Below, in pieces: positions 63,506 to 64,000 of a stretch of DNA of 64,000 nt. The notes below the pieces were generated by a model, which had not been told where the DNA came from, searched no databases, and saw only the letters and a program-made list of their open reading frames with translations. Each line of letters begins with the position of its first letter. The stretch's first letter is position 1. A program made the position numbers and the translations under genes. The DNA is from Octopus vulgaris (lineage: Eukaryota): contig OX597818.1 of NCBI GenBank assembly GCA_951406725.2, forward strand, positions 11,098,001 to 11,162,000, written 5' to 3'.

Positions 63506-64000
63506 AGCAAAAAGCTATTTCACTAATTTAATAGATGTTATATAAACATAATTATTTATAAACTGCCATTATTTATTCAGCTTTCCAACATGTCTTAACC
63601 TCTATAACCTAAACACAGGATACAGTTGTTGTGGTAATATCAGTAATAAAGTGTGGCAATGTCTCTAAATTGTGGAATATTTTGCTGTTAGTGGGGACAA
63701 TGCAGGGGTCATTTGGGCAGTTTATAACTAAGGCTTGGTCCATGAGACTTATAGTTTGCAGATGTAAGTTTGCGGTGAAGTGAGATGTGTCTAAGTTGGG
63801 TGGTTTCCTAGGGTGGGGTTGCTTACGGCTGTTACTCAATTCTTTTTGGTTCTGATGGGTCTTCACCACCCCCATCACTGCCACAACATTATAAAATGTG
63901 TTGCATCTCATCAATTCAAACAGATGTGGTTGCGGTGGATGGGTGATGGGTGTAGGTATGAGTGTAATTGAAACCACAGGCAAATTTTGGATGTGTAGGT

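Noticed and set aside
465-63531. Numerous ORFs rich in YI/CV/HT/RE/poly-I/poly-F and recurring VEDTCPRCHAVGLNPEPCG peptides
   Set aside because: These are translations of microsatellites and of non-coding SINE family A, not proteins.
63609-63983. 124-aa minus-strand ORF at the window end
   Set aside because: Non-ATG start, no recognisable motif and no splice evidence; cannot be called.

Overview
AT-rich eukaryotic, repeat-saturated, intergenic or intronic DNA. It is most likely from an octopus (coleoid cephalopod), inferred from the tRNA-derived SINE families. No host protein-coding gene can be supported, and nearly all ORF-track entries are microsatellite or SINE artefacts. The window holds four tRNA-derived SINE families (dozens of copies), RTE and R4/Dong LINE 3' fragments, three decayed Penelope-like element (PLE) coding fragments, mariner, pogo-, hAT- and TTAA-type MITEs, a Helitron, and many (TA)n/(AAT)n/(TTC)n microsatellites. 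The most interesting signal is about eight mutually dissimilar short non-coding elements, mostly in microsatellites and often inverted or tandem, that carry type-I minimal hammerhead ribozyme (HHR) motifs. One is fully intact with a ~70-nt helix II (19331-19431). Another sits downstream of a tRNA-like Pol III head (32625-32825), suggesting a ribozyme-bearing, PLE-mobilised SINE-like system. All alignments, translations and folds were done by eye; no searches were run.
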